In this document: piece after piece, positions 37,301-45,591 of the stretch
How positions within the stretch are numbered: the first letter of the stretch is position 1
How the letters are laid out: each line of letters starts with the position of its first letter
NCBI GenBank assembly: GCA_965221305.1
Contig: OZ244881.1
Coordinates: 3,542,091-3,606,090 of the forward strand
Direction of reading: 5' to 3'
Length of the DNA stretch: 64,000 nucleotides
Source of the DNA: Vicinamibacterales bacterium
Lineage (GTDB): Bacteria > Acidobacteriota > Vicinamibacteria > Vicinamibacterales > UBA8438
Notes under the pieces: generated by a model
Seen by the model: only the letters and a program-made list of their open reading frames with translations
What the model was told of the DNA's origin: nothing
Database searches by the model: none
Position numbers and translations under genes: made by a program

Positions 37301-38016
37301 AGGCGCACGTCGCGGAAACCGAACTCCTCGATGGCGGGATCGAGTGTGCGGTCGAGGATGAACTCCTCCACGAACGCGGGCGTCTGGAGCAGCGCGTACC
37401 GTCGGCGGGCGCTGTCGGAGAGGTCCTGATAGAGGTCGCCGAGAAAGCGCGTGTCCCAGGCCGTGTCGGTGAAGTCGTGCGCGAGGGCGCCGGAATCGGG
37501 GTCTATGCGTTGCCACAGGCCGAGCAGCCGGCCCGCGGCGTCACCCGAGGGAGCGCGAAACTGCTGGCCCGGCGGTTCGAGCGACCAGATGGGATTGTGG
37601 GCTTCGTCGAAGATGCGGTCGGCGACGGGCAGCGCGGCCACCTTGCGAAACACGTGGAGCAGGTAGTCGCGGTCGCTCTCTTTGGGGTTCGCCCGGAAGT
37701 AGAGGGTGTGCTCGTCGAGCGCCCGCCGGCGCCGGTCGCCGGGACCCGACAACCGCGGTGGGTCGATGAGGGCGTTGTCTTCGAGAAACCGCACGAAGAC
37801 GCAGCCGAGAATCCAGGCTACGGCGACCTGGGTCAGGTGCTCGTCGCGCCAGGAATCGTACGGCTCGGCGGTGCGTTCGTGCGCGCGCGCCTCGTTGTGC
37901 ATGCGTCGGAGGTGAACATCCAGCCGCGGCTCCTCGCCGCAACACGCCCGCAGGTCGTCCTCCAGGTCCGCCCGCAGACGCTTCAGGTCGGCGAGCAGGC
38001 GGTCGCTGTCGATCAC
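34351..38016 (-). CDS. pglX: BREX/Pgl N6-adenine DNA methyltransferase PglX
   Basis: SAM motif I is IDPACGSGHFLL and motif IV is VVGNPPYI (nt ~36881-36892). About 1221 aa. The proposed GTG start at 38016 overlaps the pglW stop (GTGA). The track start at 38088 is an alternative. Confidence 0.9.
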   Translation of the reverse strand: MIDSDRLLADLKRLRADLEDDLRACCGEEPRLDVHLRRMHNEARAHERTAEPYDSWRDEHLTQVAVAWILGCVFVRFLEDNALIDPPRLSGPGDRRRRALDEHTLYFRANPKESDRDYLLHVFRKVAALPVADRIFDEAHNPIWSLEPPGQQFRAPSGDAAGRLLGLWQRIDPDSGALAHDFTDTAWDTRFLGDLYQDLSDSARRRYALLQTPAFVEEFILDRTLDPAIEEFGFRDVRLIDPACGSGHFLLGAFRRLDALWARHEPGTNARNRASRVLRQVAGVDLNPFATAIARFRLCVAALHAAGVQRLADAPAFEIHVATGDALLHGPRAGTAGARQEYLDPERDPLGHVYRTEDASALRVILGRRYHAVVGNPPYITAKDKAVNDEYRRRFKSCYRQYSLAVPFTERLFDLAHVSPAGSTEPAGFVGMITANSFMKREFGKCLIETFVPRWDLTHVVDTSGAYIPGHGTPTVILFGRHRRPVDRNVRTVMGIHGEPTTPENPARGLVWSAIIEQVDYPGSQSKFVSASDVQRERFHTHPWSVGGGGAAELKEHLAQWAPKTLGDMATEIGFGAVTREDEAFRLGTRVAKRRSIGADQIRPLTAGEDVRDWTICESVGAIWPYDSQTLETIADPAVLKSLWPWRSRLVQRIAYGQSQIERGLTWYEYSMFFRERFRNPLSITFAFVTTHNHFVLDRGGKVFKRTAPVIKLPADATEDDHLELLGLLNSSTACFWMKQALHNKGGGGIGGGLATEEWEQFYEFDGTKLHRCPIPSDTPLEFARILDSAAADRAQSLPASIAERSTPSAADLDTARARCGELREQMIALQEELDWRCYGLYGVTDSALCVPSAKSTDVPAVRLGERAFEIVLARKMAAGEIETKWFERHGSTPITEIPAHWPAAYRALVRRRIETIERNANVALIERPEYKRRWNDEPWEAQQERALRGWLLDRLEAPALWSERRLTTTAALADRVRDDAEFQQVAALYAGRADFDVAKLVARLIDDESVPLLPVLRYRPSGLRKRAAWERTWALQRREDAIDARVTLPAGDPERLTAEAAVALKAEEVGPVPGPPRYASADFRKSHWWRLRGKLDVPKERFVSLPGCERDADPSLVVAWAGWDALAQSRAVAGYYNRMREQEGWTAERLAPLLAALLELLPWVRQYHNAPDPEFDVGMGDYFEAFIDDEARSLSLTRESLRGWAPPGGAAKRGRRGRAT

Positions 38017-41000
38017 GCCGTGGCCACTCCCGACGGCGGCGCCGCCGGGCCGTTGGCGGCGAGCCACGTCGGGGGAATGCGAGCCCACTGCGCGGCCGTG
38101 AACACGGGGACGGGTGCGCCATCGACCATGGGGCGCGACTCCTGTGCATCGGACGGAACGAGCAGCCAGACGCCGGGCGGCCCGTCCGGTCCTCCCGCAG
38201 CATCCCGGAGGTGGTCGAGCAGCGTCATCTGGTCGTAGCGGGCCAACAGACCCAGGTTCGTCAGCAGCAACGGGCGCGGTGCGGCGGCCAGCTCGGCCCG
38301 CACGCGCGGCAGGGCGCGGTGGCTGACCAGGCGCATGAGGGCGGCCCAGTCGGCGCTGCCGCGCGGCTCGTCGTCAGCGCGCAGAACGATACCCCAGTCC
38401 GCGCCAGCTTCGTCGGCGGCGGCCTTCATATGTCGGATCAGCAGCTCGTCGGCACTGCGGGCGTCGATGGCGAATTGCGAGACCAGGGCACGCTCCGCGT
38501 CCGCGAGCCGGCGGGGCGATACCGTCAGGGCGAGGAAAGCCTGGTTCTGCAAGGCGCGTCGCAACCGTTCGTCGAAGGCGTCGGTAGCATCCATTCCGGC
38601 GCCGCTTCCGGCGACCCGTGCGGCGCCATGGCTGGCACGGGTATGGCTCGTGGCCGAGCCGATGGTCACGAAGCCCCGGAGCGGCGAGCGGTATGTGCCT
38701 AGCCCGTCAGCGGTGTCCGGCGCCCAGACCAGCTCGCTGCCCGCGTCGTGGAGCAGGGTGTCGAGTTCGGGCCGGTCGGGCAGGGGCGCCGCTTCGGGGT
38801 AGCGCCCGGCCACGCGCCTACGGATTTCTTCGGGGGTGAGGTTGCGGGCGCCCGCGAGTGCCCCCAGTGCGAGCCGCAGCGCCCGGTCGGCCGGCATGCC
38901 GCGCGGATAGAGCTCGAGCCGACTGGAGAGCTCGGCGTTCTGGGAAACCGCGGCGGCGAGCGTGAGCAGCCGGTTCGGCGCCAGGGGCGCGATTCCGGAC
39001 GGGGTCGCGACGCCCTGCAGCTCGTCCAGGACCCGCGCCGGCGAGAGCAGCGGGTCGGCGGCCGACAGCCCGTCGGCGGTGCGGCCGAGGCGTTGGGCGA
39101 AGTCGGCGAGCCGTTGGCCATCGACGCGCAGCTCGCCGCGTTCGTCGCCCACGTCGCGCGCCAGGAGGGCGCCGGCGGGGCCGTCCAGGCGGCGCACGAT
39201 CCAGCGTGGCGCCGCGCGCTGGCGCTCGACCTCGACCGCGGCGCGAACGCACGCGTCGGCGTAGCGCGAACGAAGCGGATCTTCCTGCACCGACCCGCGG
39301 CGCGCCAAGAGCGCGGAGGCAAGCTCCGTCCGGGTCATCACGTTCCCGTATGCCGCGAGCATCTCGACGACGTCGTTTCGCAGACGGGTCAGCGCGCCGA
39401 GCTTGTTCCAGCGCCGCCGCGACCGCGCCGCCGCCTGGCTGACCGCCGTCGGGGTGACCCCGAGCCACCGGGCGACGTCGCTCTGGCTCGGCCAGGGCGC
39501 CGCGGGCGCGTCGTCGCGCAGCCCCAGCAGGGTCCCCGCCAAGTCCGCGTCGCGCCGCGACTGCGCGGTTCGGCCGGCGGGCAGAAGCAGCCGCCGAAGC
39601 TCGTCTACGCTCTCGTGCCCCGCGTCGGCGGTAACGTCGGCGTCGTCTCCGGTGGAGGAGACCTTCGGCGCGCCGGCCACCCCCGGGAACCGCTCGGCCA
39701 GCCGCCGGGCCAGATCGGTGATCTCGCGGCGGGTCCGAATGCCGACGCCGCGCATCCGGTTCACCTGGATGAGCGGGAACCGCAACAGGTCGCCAACGGA
39801 GTGGACGCCCATCCGCTCGACGGCGTTCATGGCGCGGGCGCTGAGCTTCATGGCCGCCAACAGCGTGTCGAGACGCGCCTGCTCGATGCCGCTGAACGTG
39901 GGCTCTGCGCCCACGGGGTCGGTGTCGGTCTCGGGCCGCGCCGCCGTCGCGAAGAGCCGCCGCCAAGCGCGCAGCATCTCGTCGGCGTTGTCGAAGCGCT
40001 GGCGGTAGTCGCGGCGCAGCGCCTTTTGGAAGAACGCGGTCAGGTCTTCGCGGACGGCTGGCTCGAAGGCGTCGGCGTCGACGGTGGCTTCGCACTCGAG
40101 GACCGCGGGCTCACTCTGCCCGTCGCCCCAACACGGCAGCGATCCAGCCGCCATCTGGTGCAGCGTGACGGCCGCCGCGAACCGTTCCGCGTGCGTGTCC
40201 CAGCGCGGCGGCTTGCGCGTCCGGAGGAACGGGTCGAGGTAGTGGCGCGTGCCCGCCAGGACGTTCTCGGCCGGTGTATGCGCCAACGAGAAGTCGAAGA
40301 GCACGAGATGGAGCTGGTTGCCAATCTTGGCGGTTCCCAGGTTCTCGGGCTTGATGTCGCGGTGCGGAATGCCCTTCTGCTCCAGCCAGTCGATGGTGGC
40401 CAGCAGGTCTTCGCCGAACCGCTCGAGCAGCTCCAGGTGCAGGCGGCCCTCGTCGCGCAGGCGGTCCGCGAGCGTGCAGTCGCCGGCGCGGGCCATGAGC
40501 AGCCCGACGCGTTCGCGGCCCGCGCCGTGGCGGAACGTCAGCTCGTCGTGGAGCTCGACGATGTACTGATGCCGCAGGCGGCGCATGACGTCCGCCTCGG
40601 CACGCAGGCGGTCGTTGTGGTCGGGAGACAGCGCCACCTTGAGCACATGCTCCCGCCCGTCGCGTTCGACGAGGAGGGCCACCGCCGTCGAGCCCTTGCC
40701 GAGCCGCCGCTTCATGACAAGGCCGTGGCCGAGATCTTCTTCGGGGCGGGCCTCGATCGGGTCATGTCGGCGACCCTCGTCGGGCCGGGTCAGCTCTTCC
40801 TCGACGCTTCCGAGCTCGTTCAGGAACTCGCCGACCGACCCGAGCCGCGTCGTCACTTCGGGATGAGTGGCGTACTGCACGAGAAGCTGAAGGCTCTCGC
40901 ACGCGCCGTCGAGGTCGGAGGATAGCTGCAGCCCCTGCTCCTTCAGGAGCCGCTCGGTCATGGCGGCGAGACCCGTCGCCGGCGGGCGGCCGGAGAAGAG

Positions 41001-42272
41001 GTGGTACGCGATGGCGCCGACCGAGAACACGTCGATCTGCTCGCCTGCCGCGCCGCGCTCGGTCACCGCCTCGGGCGCCATGTAGACCCAGGCGGCCTCT
41101 TCGACGAACGGGTCGAGGCGGCTCGCCCCCGTCGTGGCCGGCCCGGGCGTCCCGGTGTCGGCCGCGTGGCGTGCCCCGGTCTGCCAGTTGAAGATCTGGA
41201 CGCGCGGCTGGGCGGCCTCGGGGTCGAAGACGAGGATGCTCTGAGGCGACAACGCCCGGTGGACAAGGTGCTTCGCATGGGCGAAGCGCACGGCTTCCGC
41301 AACTTGGCGGAGGAGATGCAGCCGGGTGTCGACGTCGAGGCGCGTGCCGTGCTCGGCGAGCCAGTGGTCGAAGCGCTGCGAGTCTTCCCGGTGCTCGAAG
41401 ACGAGCGCCGGCCCGCGGACGTGCTCGGTGTACGCCTTGGCCGCGAGGATGCCGTCGTGGCGCACATCGCTCAGGATCTGGTACTCGCGCTGGGCCGCCC
41501 GTTGCAGCGCCGCCCGTTCGTCGTCCGACGCGTCTGGGGGAATCGCGTAGATTCGGACCCGCGCGTGCTCGCCCTCGATCGCCGCGTGACGCGCTGTCCA
41601 GTCCTGGTAGTTCGGCCCTTCGAAGAGGAGTGCGTCGAGCCGGTAGTCGCCCACCCGGTGCTTGCCCTGCGACGGGCGGATGCCCGCTTCCTGCATGGCC
41701 CGGCTGACAGCCTTGGCCATCGGCCGATCGATACGCGCGCGGTGCGGCGTCCCGGCGCTGTGCCGGGTGAGGGCGGCAACGATGCCAGGGCGCTCGTTCC
41801 GCCCCTTGCCTTCGTCACGGCAGTGGACGTGGTTGCGCAGGTCGTCCGTGAGCCGGCAGTCGACGTCCTCGTGCGACAGGAAGACCTGGGCTTCCAGGAA
41901 AGGGCTCGCCGCCTTCCGCAGCGCCGGCTGACGGCGCAGGAGCGAAACGAGCTTCTTCGCCTTCCGGTTCGCGAGCAGCAGCGGGTTGTCGACCGTCTGC
42001 GGGCGCCCGTCGCCCCGCCAGACCCACGTGCCCTGGTCGCCCTCCACGGTGCCGGGGCGGCTCTTGATCTCGACGAGGTAGAAGCCCTTCGGCGTCAGCG
42101 CGAGCAGGTCGACTTCGTTGATCGAGCCGTCGTCGGCGATGAACTCGAAGTTCGCCCAGGCGCGGTACGGCTCGTGGTCGGGCAGCCGGTCGCGCACGAA
42201 CGCCAGCGCGTCCCGCTCCCAGGGGAACGCCGAGTCGGTGACCGCCTGCCAGCGGGGCGAAGTTGCTTCCAT
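38013..42272 (-). CDS. pglW: BREX/Pgl serine/threonine kinase PglW (NERD, degenerate kinase, canonical kinase, HhH/HTH, C-terminal region)
   Basis: N-terminal NERD-like segment (WERDALAFVRDRL..EVDLLALTPKGFYLVEIKS). The first kinase-like domain lacks the catalytic Asp (HRALSPQSIL). The second is canonical (LGKGSTAV, VLKV, HRDIKPEN, DFS). LSARAMNAVERMGVHSVGDLL is an alpha-CTD-like helix-hairpin-helix. Start taken at MEATSPRWQ. Confidence 0.9.
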   Translation of the reverse strand: MEATSPRWQAVTDSAFPWERDALAFVRDRLPDHEPYRAWANFEFIADDGSINEVDLLALTPKGFYLVEIKSRPGTVEGDQGTWVWRGDGRPQTVDNPLLLANRKAKKLVSLLRRQPALRKAASPFLEAQVFLSHEDVDCRLTDDLRNHVHCRDEGKGRNERPGIVAALTRHSAGTPHRARIDRPMAKAVSRAMQEAGIRPSQGKHRVGDYRLDALLFEGPNYQDWTARHAAIEGEHARVRIYAIPPDASDDERAALQRAAQREYQILSDVRHDGILAAKAYTEHVRGPALVFEHREDSQRFDHWLAEHGTRLDVDTRLHLLRQVAEAVRFAHAKHLVHRALSPQSILVFDPEAAQPRVQIFNWQTGARHAADTGTPGPATTGASRLDPFVEEAAWVYMAPEAVTERGAAGEQIDVFSVGAIAYHLFSGRPPATGLAAMTERLLKEQGLQLSSDLDGACESLQLLVQYATHPEVTTRLGSVGEFLNELGSVEEELTRPDEGRRHDPIEARPEEDLGHGLVMKRRLGKGSTAVALLVERDGREHVLKVALSPDHNDRLRAEADVMRRLRHQYIVELHDELTFRHGAGRERVGLLMARAGDCTLADRLRDEGRLHLELLERFGEDLLATIDWLEQKGIPHRDIKPENLGTAKIGNQLHLVLFDFSLAHTPAENVLAGTRHYLDPFLRTRKPPRWDTHAERFAAAVTLHQMAAGSLPCWGDGQSEPAVLECEATVDADAFEPAVREDLTAFFQKALRRDYRQRFDNADEMLRAWRRLFATAARPETDTDPVGAEPTFSGIEQARLDTLLAAMKLSARAMNAVERMGVHSVGDLLRFPLIQVNRMRGVGIRTRREITDLARRLAERFPGVAGAPKVSSTGDDADVTADAGHESVDELRRLLLPAGRTAQSRRDADLAGTLLGLRDDAPAAPWPSQSDVARWLGVTPTAVSQAAARSRRRWNKLGALTRLRNDVVEMLAAYGNVMTRTELASALLARRGSVQEDPLRSRYADACVRAAVEVERQRAAPRWIVRRLDGPAGALLARDVGDERGELRVDGQRLADFAQRLGRTADGLSAADPLLSPARVLDELQGVATPSGIAPLAPNRLLTLAAAVSQNAELSSRLELYPRGMPADRALRLALGALAGARNLTPEEIRRRVAGRYPEAAPLPDRPELDTLLHDAGSELVWAPDTADGLGTYRSPLRGFVTIGSATSHTRASHGAARVAGSGAGMDATDAFDERLRRALQNQAFLALTVSPRRLADAERALVSQFAIDARSADELLIRHMKAAADEAGADWGIVLRADDEPRGSADWAALMRLVSHRALPRVRAELAAAPRPLLLTNLGLLARYDQMTLLDHLRDAAGGPDGPPGVWLLVPSDAQESRPMVDGAPVPVFTAAQWARIPPTWLAANGPAAPPSGVATA

Positions 42273-42395
42273 GGCGTGGCGCACTCGCGGTGCCCCGAGC
42301 AGTCGCGGACCGCCCGGCACGCCCGAATCCTAGCCCGTCGAGCGGGCGGAGTCACCCACCATCGACAAGGCTGGCCTGCGAAAGCCTCATCACGC

Positions 42396-42448
42396 CCGCA
42401 CGACAGGCCGAATCGGTTCGCTCGGGCAGGCGCGGACGCCCCGCGCGG
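42396..42448. repeat. Right copy of the imperfect direct repeat bracketing the BREX cassette
   Basis: See 26739..26791. This copy lies 125-175 nt upstream of the pglW start. Confidence 0.6.
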
Positions 42449-42477
42449 CGGGTTGCATCGAGTAGTAGATGTCGCGC

Positions 42478-42948
42478 TCATCCCTGATCGGCGGTCCGCC
42501 GGCTGTCCGGGGCCCGCGGGTGGCCGTCCCCCGGCCCTTCCGTCGCTATCATCACGTCGGTCGCCTTGATCAGGGCCGTCGCGGCGTCGCCGCGCCGGAG
42601 GCCCAGCTCGTCGAGAGCGTCGCGGGTGATGACGGCGGTCAGCCACTGGTCGCCGATGCGGAGGCGCACTTGGGCGACGAGGCCCTCTCGGCGGACCTCG
42701 TCGACGACGCCCTGCAGCCGGTTGCGGCCGCTGATGCGGACGAGCACGCCGCCGCCGCCGCGGCCGCCGGGGTGGGTGGGCGGCCGGCCGGTGCGGGCGA
42801 GCAGGCGCTCGACCTCGGTTTCGGCCAGGCGGTGATGCCCGCCCGCGGTGCGGGTGGTGCGGACCTCGCCCCGGTAGATCCAGTGCTTGAGGGTGGAGTA
42901 ACCGATGCCGAGACGCTCCGCCGCCTGCCGCACCGTCAGGGTGGCCAT
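42478..42948 (-). CDS. HTH (excisionase/MerR-like) plus TOBE/Mop-domain molybdate-responsive regulator
   Basis: The MATLTVRQAAERLGIGYSTLKHWIYRGEV HTH is followed by a TOBE-like ISGRNRLQGVVDEV..LTAVITRDALDELGLRRGDAATALIKATDVMI. It is divergent from modA. Confidence 0.8.
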   Translation of the reverse strand: MATLTVRQAAERLGIGYSTLKHWIYRGEVRTTRTAGGHHRLAETEVERLLARTGRPPTHPGGRGGGGVLVRISGRNRLQGVVDEVRREGLVAQVRLRIGDQWLTAVITRDALDELGLRRGDAATALIKATDVMIATEGPGDGHPRAPDSRRTADQG

Positions 42949-43018
42949 GCTTCCTGCGCTCCCTTGTGCCCCGGTCTCATGACACTCGACATCAGTCGGC
43001 AAACTCAATCCGAATCGC

Positions 43019-43048
43019 TTGGTGAATCGAATCGAATCATACTATATT
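43019..43048 (+). promoter_or_regulatory. Candidate modA promoter/operator (TTGGTG-N18-TATATT with GAATC repeats)
   Basis: An AT-rich island, ccgaatcgcttggtgaatcgaatcgaatcatactatattgtg, lies between the divergent regulator and modA. Confidence 0.3.
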
Positions 43049-43162
43049 GTGCACGTGACAGGCTGTCAGATCGCCCTCGGCGGCGCACCGTGCGGGTCCG
43101 CGAGGCGCGGGGCGGAAGTCCGGGAGGCCGCCGGCGGGGCCGACGGCGGTCGGTGGTTCGCC

Positions 43163-44032
43163 ATGGGACCGGCGGCGTTGGCGGGACTCGTCGCCGCGGC
43201 GGTGCTGGCTGCCTGCGCGGACCCGGGCGCTTCGCCGGCGGGTCGGGTCCGGGTGTCGGCGGCGGTCAGCCTGACCGGGCCGCTGGAGCGCGTGGCGGGG
43301 GACTTCGAACGGGTCACCGGCACCGCGGTCGAGCTGAACCTGGGCGGCTCCAGCACCCTGGCTGCGCAGATCCTGGCCGGGGCCCCGGTCGACGTGTTCT
43401 TCAGCGCCGACGAGCGGCAGATGGACCGGGTGGCCGCGGAATCGCTGGTCGTCGCGGAGACGCGGGGGGTGCTGCTGTCGAACCGGCTCGCGGTGGTGGT
43501 GCCGGCGGGTGCGGCCGCGCCTGGGAACGGGGCGGGGCTGCGCGCGGCGGCGTTCCGCCGTATCGCGGTCGGAGACCCGGCCGGCGTTCCCGCCGGCGTC
43601 TACGCCCGCTCCTACCTGTCGTCGCTCGGCCTGTGGGAGGCGCTGGGCCCCCGCATCGTGCCGACCCGCAGCGTCCGGGCGGCGCTGGCCGTGGTCGAGG
43701 CGGGCGACGCCGACGCCGGCATCGTCTACCGCACCGACGCCCTGTCGTCGCTTGAAGTCGCGGTCGCGTTCGAGGTGCCGGAGGACGAGGGGCCGGCCAT
43801 CGCCTATCCGGCCGCCGTTCTCGTCGACGCTCCGAACCCGGCGGGGGCGGCGCGGTTCCTCGACTATCTGCGAAGCGCGGCCGCTCGCCGCGTGTTCGGG
43901 CAGGCCGGCTTCATCGTGCCCCGTCCCGCCCGCACCTCGCGTGCCCTGGCGCCATCGACCACACCCCCTCCGTCGTCCCCTATCGCCATGACCGAAGTGG
44001 CGGTCGTCGACGACGAGGCGACCGGGCCATGA
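43163..44032 (+). CDS. modA: Molybdate ABC transporter substrate-binding protein
   Basis: Internal ATG with a lipoprotein-type signal (AAAVLAAC). Motifs VSAAVSLTGPLE, GGSSTLAAQI, VFFSAD and GIVYRTDA are present. Confidence 0.85.
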   Translation: MGPAALAGLVAAAVLAACADPGASPAGRVRVSAAVSLTGPLERVAGDFERVTGTAVELNLGGSSTLAAQILAGAPVDVFFSADERQMDRVAAESLVVAETRGVLLSNRLAVVVPAGAAAPGNGAGLRAAAFRRIAVGDPAGVPAGVYARSYLSSLGLWEALGPRIVPTRSVRAALAVVEAGDADAGIVYRTDALSSLEVAVAFEVPEDEGPAIAYPAAVLVDAPNPAGAARFLDYLRSAAARRVFGQAGFIVPRPARTSRALAPSTTPPPSSPIAMTEVAVVDDEATGP

Positions 44033-44688
44033 ACGACGTCCTTCCCGTCGCCCTGTTCACGGTGGGCATGGCCGCCCTCGCCACCGCCGTCATGCTGCCC
44101 CCCGGCCTCGCCGTCGCGTGGGTGCTCGCCCGCCGCCGCTTTCCGGGGCGCGCGGTGCTGGAGACCCTGGTGTCGCTGCCCCTGGTGCTCCCGCCGGTGG
44201 CGACGGGGCTCATCCTCATCACCGTCCTGGGACGGCGGGGCTTCCTCGGGGGGCTCCTCGAGCGGATGGGCATCGAGGTGATGTTCACGTGGCGGGCGGT
44301 GGTGGTGGCGATGGCGGTGATGGGGCTGCCGCTCCTGGTGCGCTCGGCGCGGGCGGGGTTCGAGCAGGTGGACCGGCGCTACGAGCAGATCGCGGCGACC
44401 CTGGGGGCGCGGCCGGTGCGGGTCTTCCTCACGGTGAGCCTGCCCCTGGCCCGAAGGGGGGTGCTCGCGGGTTCGCTGCTGGGTTTCTCGCGGGCGCTCG
44501 GCGAGTTCGGCGCCACGATCATGGTGGCGGGCGCCTTGCCGGACACCCGGACCATCGCCGTCGCCATCTACACCTATACCGAGACCGGCCAGAACGCCGC
44601 CGCGGCGGCGATGCTGGCGGTGTCGGCGGCCATCGCCTTCGGGGCCCTGCTGGCGTCGAACCGGCTGGTCGTGCATCGAGCGGCCTGA
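44029..44688 (+). CDS. modB: Molybdate ABC transporter permease
   Basis: 219 aa, multi-TM. EAA-like loop ARAGFEQVDRRYEQIAATLGA. ATGA overlap with modA. Confidence 0.85.
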   Translation: MNDVLPVALFTVGMAALATAVMLPPGLAVAWVLARRRFPGRAVLETLVSLPLVLPPVATGLILITVLGRRGFLGGLLERMGIEVMFTWRAVVVAMAVMGLPLLVRSARAGFEQVDRRYEQIAATLGARPVRVFLTVSLPLARRGVLAGSLLGFSRALGEFGATIMVAGALPDTRTIAVAIYTYTETGQNAAAAAMLAVSAAIAFGALLASNRLVVHRAA

Positions 44689-44701
44689 GACCGGTGCCGC
44701 G

Positions 44702-45493
44702 ATGACCGAAACGCCCGCCGACCCCGCGCGCCAGTCGAACGCGTGGTTCCCGGCCGCCCCGCTCGAAACGCCGGCGTCCGGCGCGTCCCGCGGCGGTGCG
44801 GCCGGCGTCATCACCCTCGATTTCGCCCTCCATCAGGGGGGGTTCGTGCTGGAGATGCGCGAGCGCATCGAGGCGAGGGTCGTCGCCCTCTTCGGTCCGT
44901 CGGGAGCGGGCAAGACGACGGTGCTCGAGTCGATTGCGGGGCTGCGCCGGCCGCGGCGCGGCGTCATCCGCGTCGGAGAGCGCACCCTCTTCGACGCCGC
45001 GGCCGGGGTGGACGTGCCCTGCCACCGCCGGCGCGTCGGCTACGTGCCCCAGGACCTCGCCCTCTTTCCCCACATGAACGTGCGCCGCAACATCCTCTAC
45101 GGCGCGGGGTCGGGGCCGGGCGGCGGGTTCGACCACGTCATCGCGTTGCTCGAGCTCGGCCCCCTGCTCGACCGGGGCGTCGCCGGCCTGTCGGGCGGCG
45201 AGCGCCAGCGCGTCGCCCTCGCCCGCGCGCTGGCCGCATCGCCGGCCTTGCTCCTGCTGGACGAGCCCCTCGCCGCCCTCGACGCGACCCTGCGTTCGCG
45301 CATCCTGCCCTGCCTGGAGCGCATCCGCGACGACTTGGCCATCCCCATGCTCTACGTGTCCCACGCCGAGGCCGAGGTGCGGGCCCTCGCCGACTGGGTG
45401 GTCGTGCTCGACGCGGGCCGCGTCGTGCGGTCCGGGGCCGGGCTCCGAGGGTTCGGTTCGGAAGGCCCGCGTGGAGCTCGCGACGTGCGCTAG
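44702..45493 (+). CDS. modC: Molybdate ABC transporter ATP-binding protein (no C-terminal TOBE domain)
   Basis: Walker [10 protein letters not shown], signature [15 protein letters not shown], Walker B LLLLDEP. Confidence 0.8.
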   Translation: MTETPADPARQSNAWFPAAPLETPASGASRGGAAGVITLDFALHQGGFVLEMRERIEARVVALFGPSGAGKTTVLESIAGLRRPRRGVIRVGERTLFDAAAGVDVPCHRRRVGYVPQDLALFPHMNVRRNILYGAGSGPGGGFDHVIALLELGPLLDRGVAGLSGGERQRVALARALAASPALLLLDEPLAALDATLRSRILPCLERIRDDLAIPMLYVSHAEAEVRALADWVVVLDAGRVVRSGAGLRGFGSEGPRGARDVR

Positions 45494-45591
45494 GATCTCG
45501 ACATCCGGACAGGAGCTCGGCTGGCTCTGCCGCGGTACGCAGGCTCTGGCCGTATTACCATGAGCGTGCCCATGCCCTTGCAGGAGCGGAG

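Noticed and set aside
43010-43020. Treating the CCGAATCG motif shared by the BREX flanks and the modA promoter as proof of co-regulation.
   Set aside because: There are only three occurrences and the core is short in a compositionally biased genome. It is kept only as an alternative hypothesis inside the direct-repeat finding.
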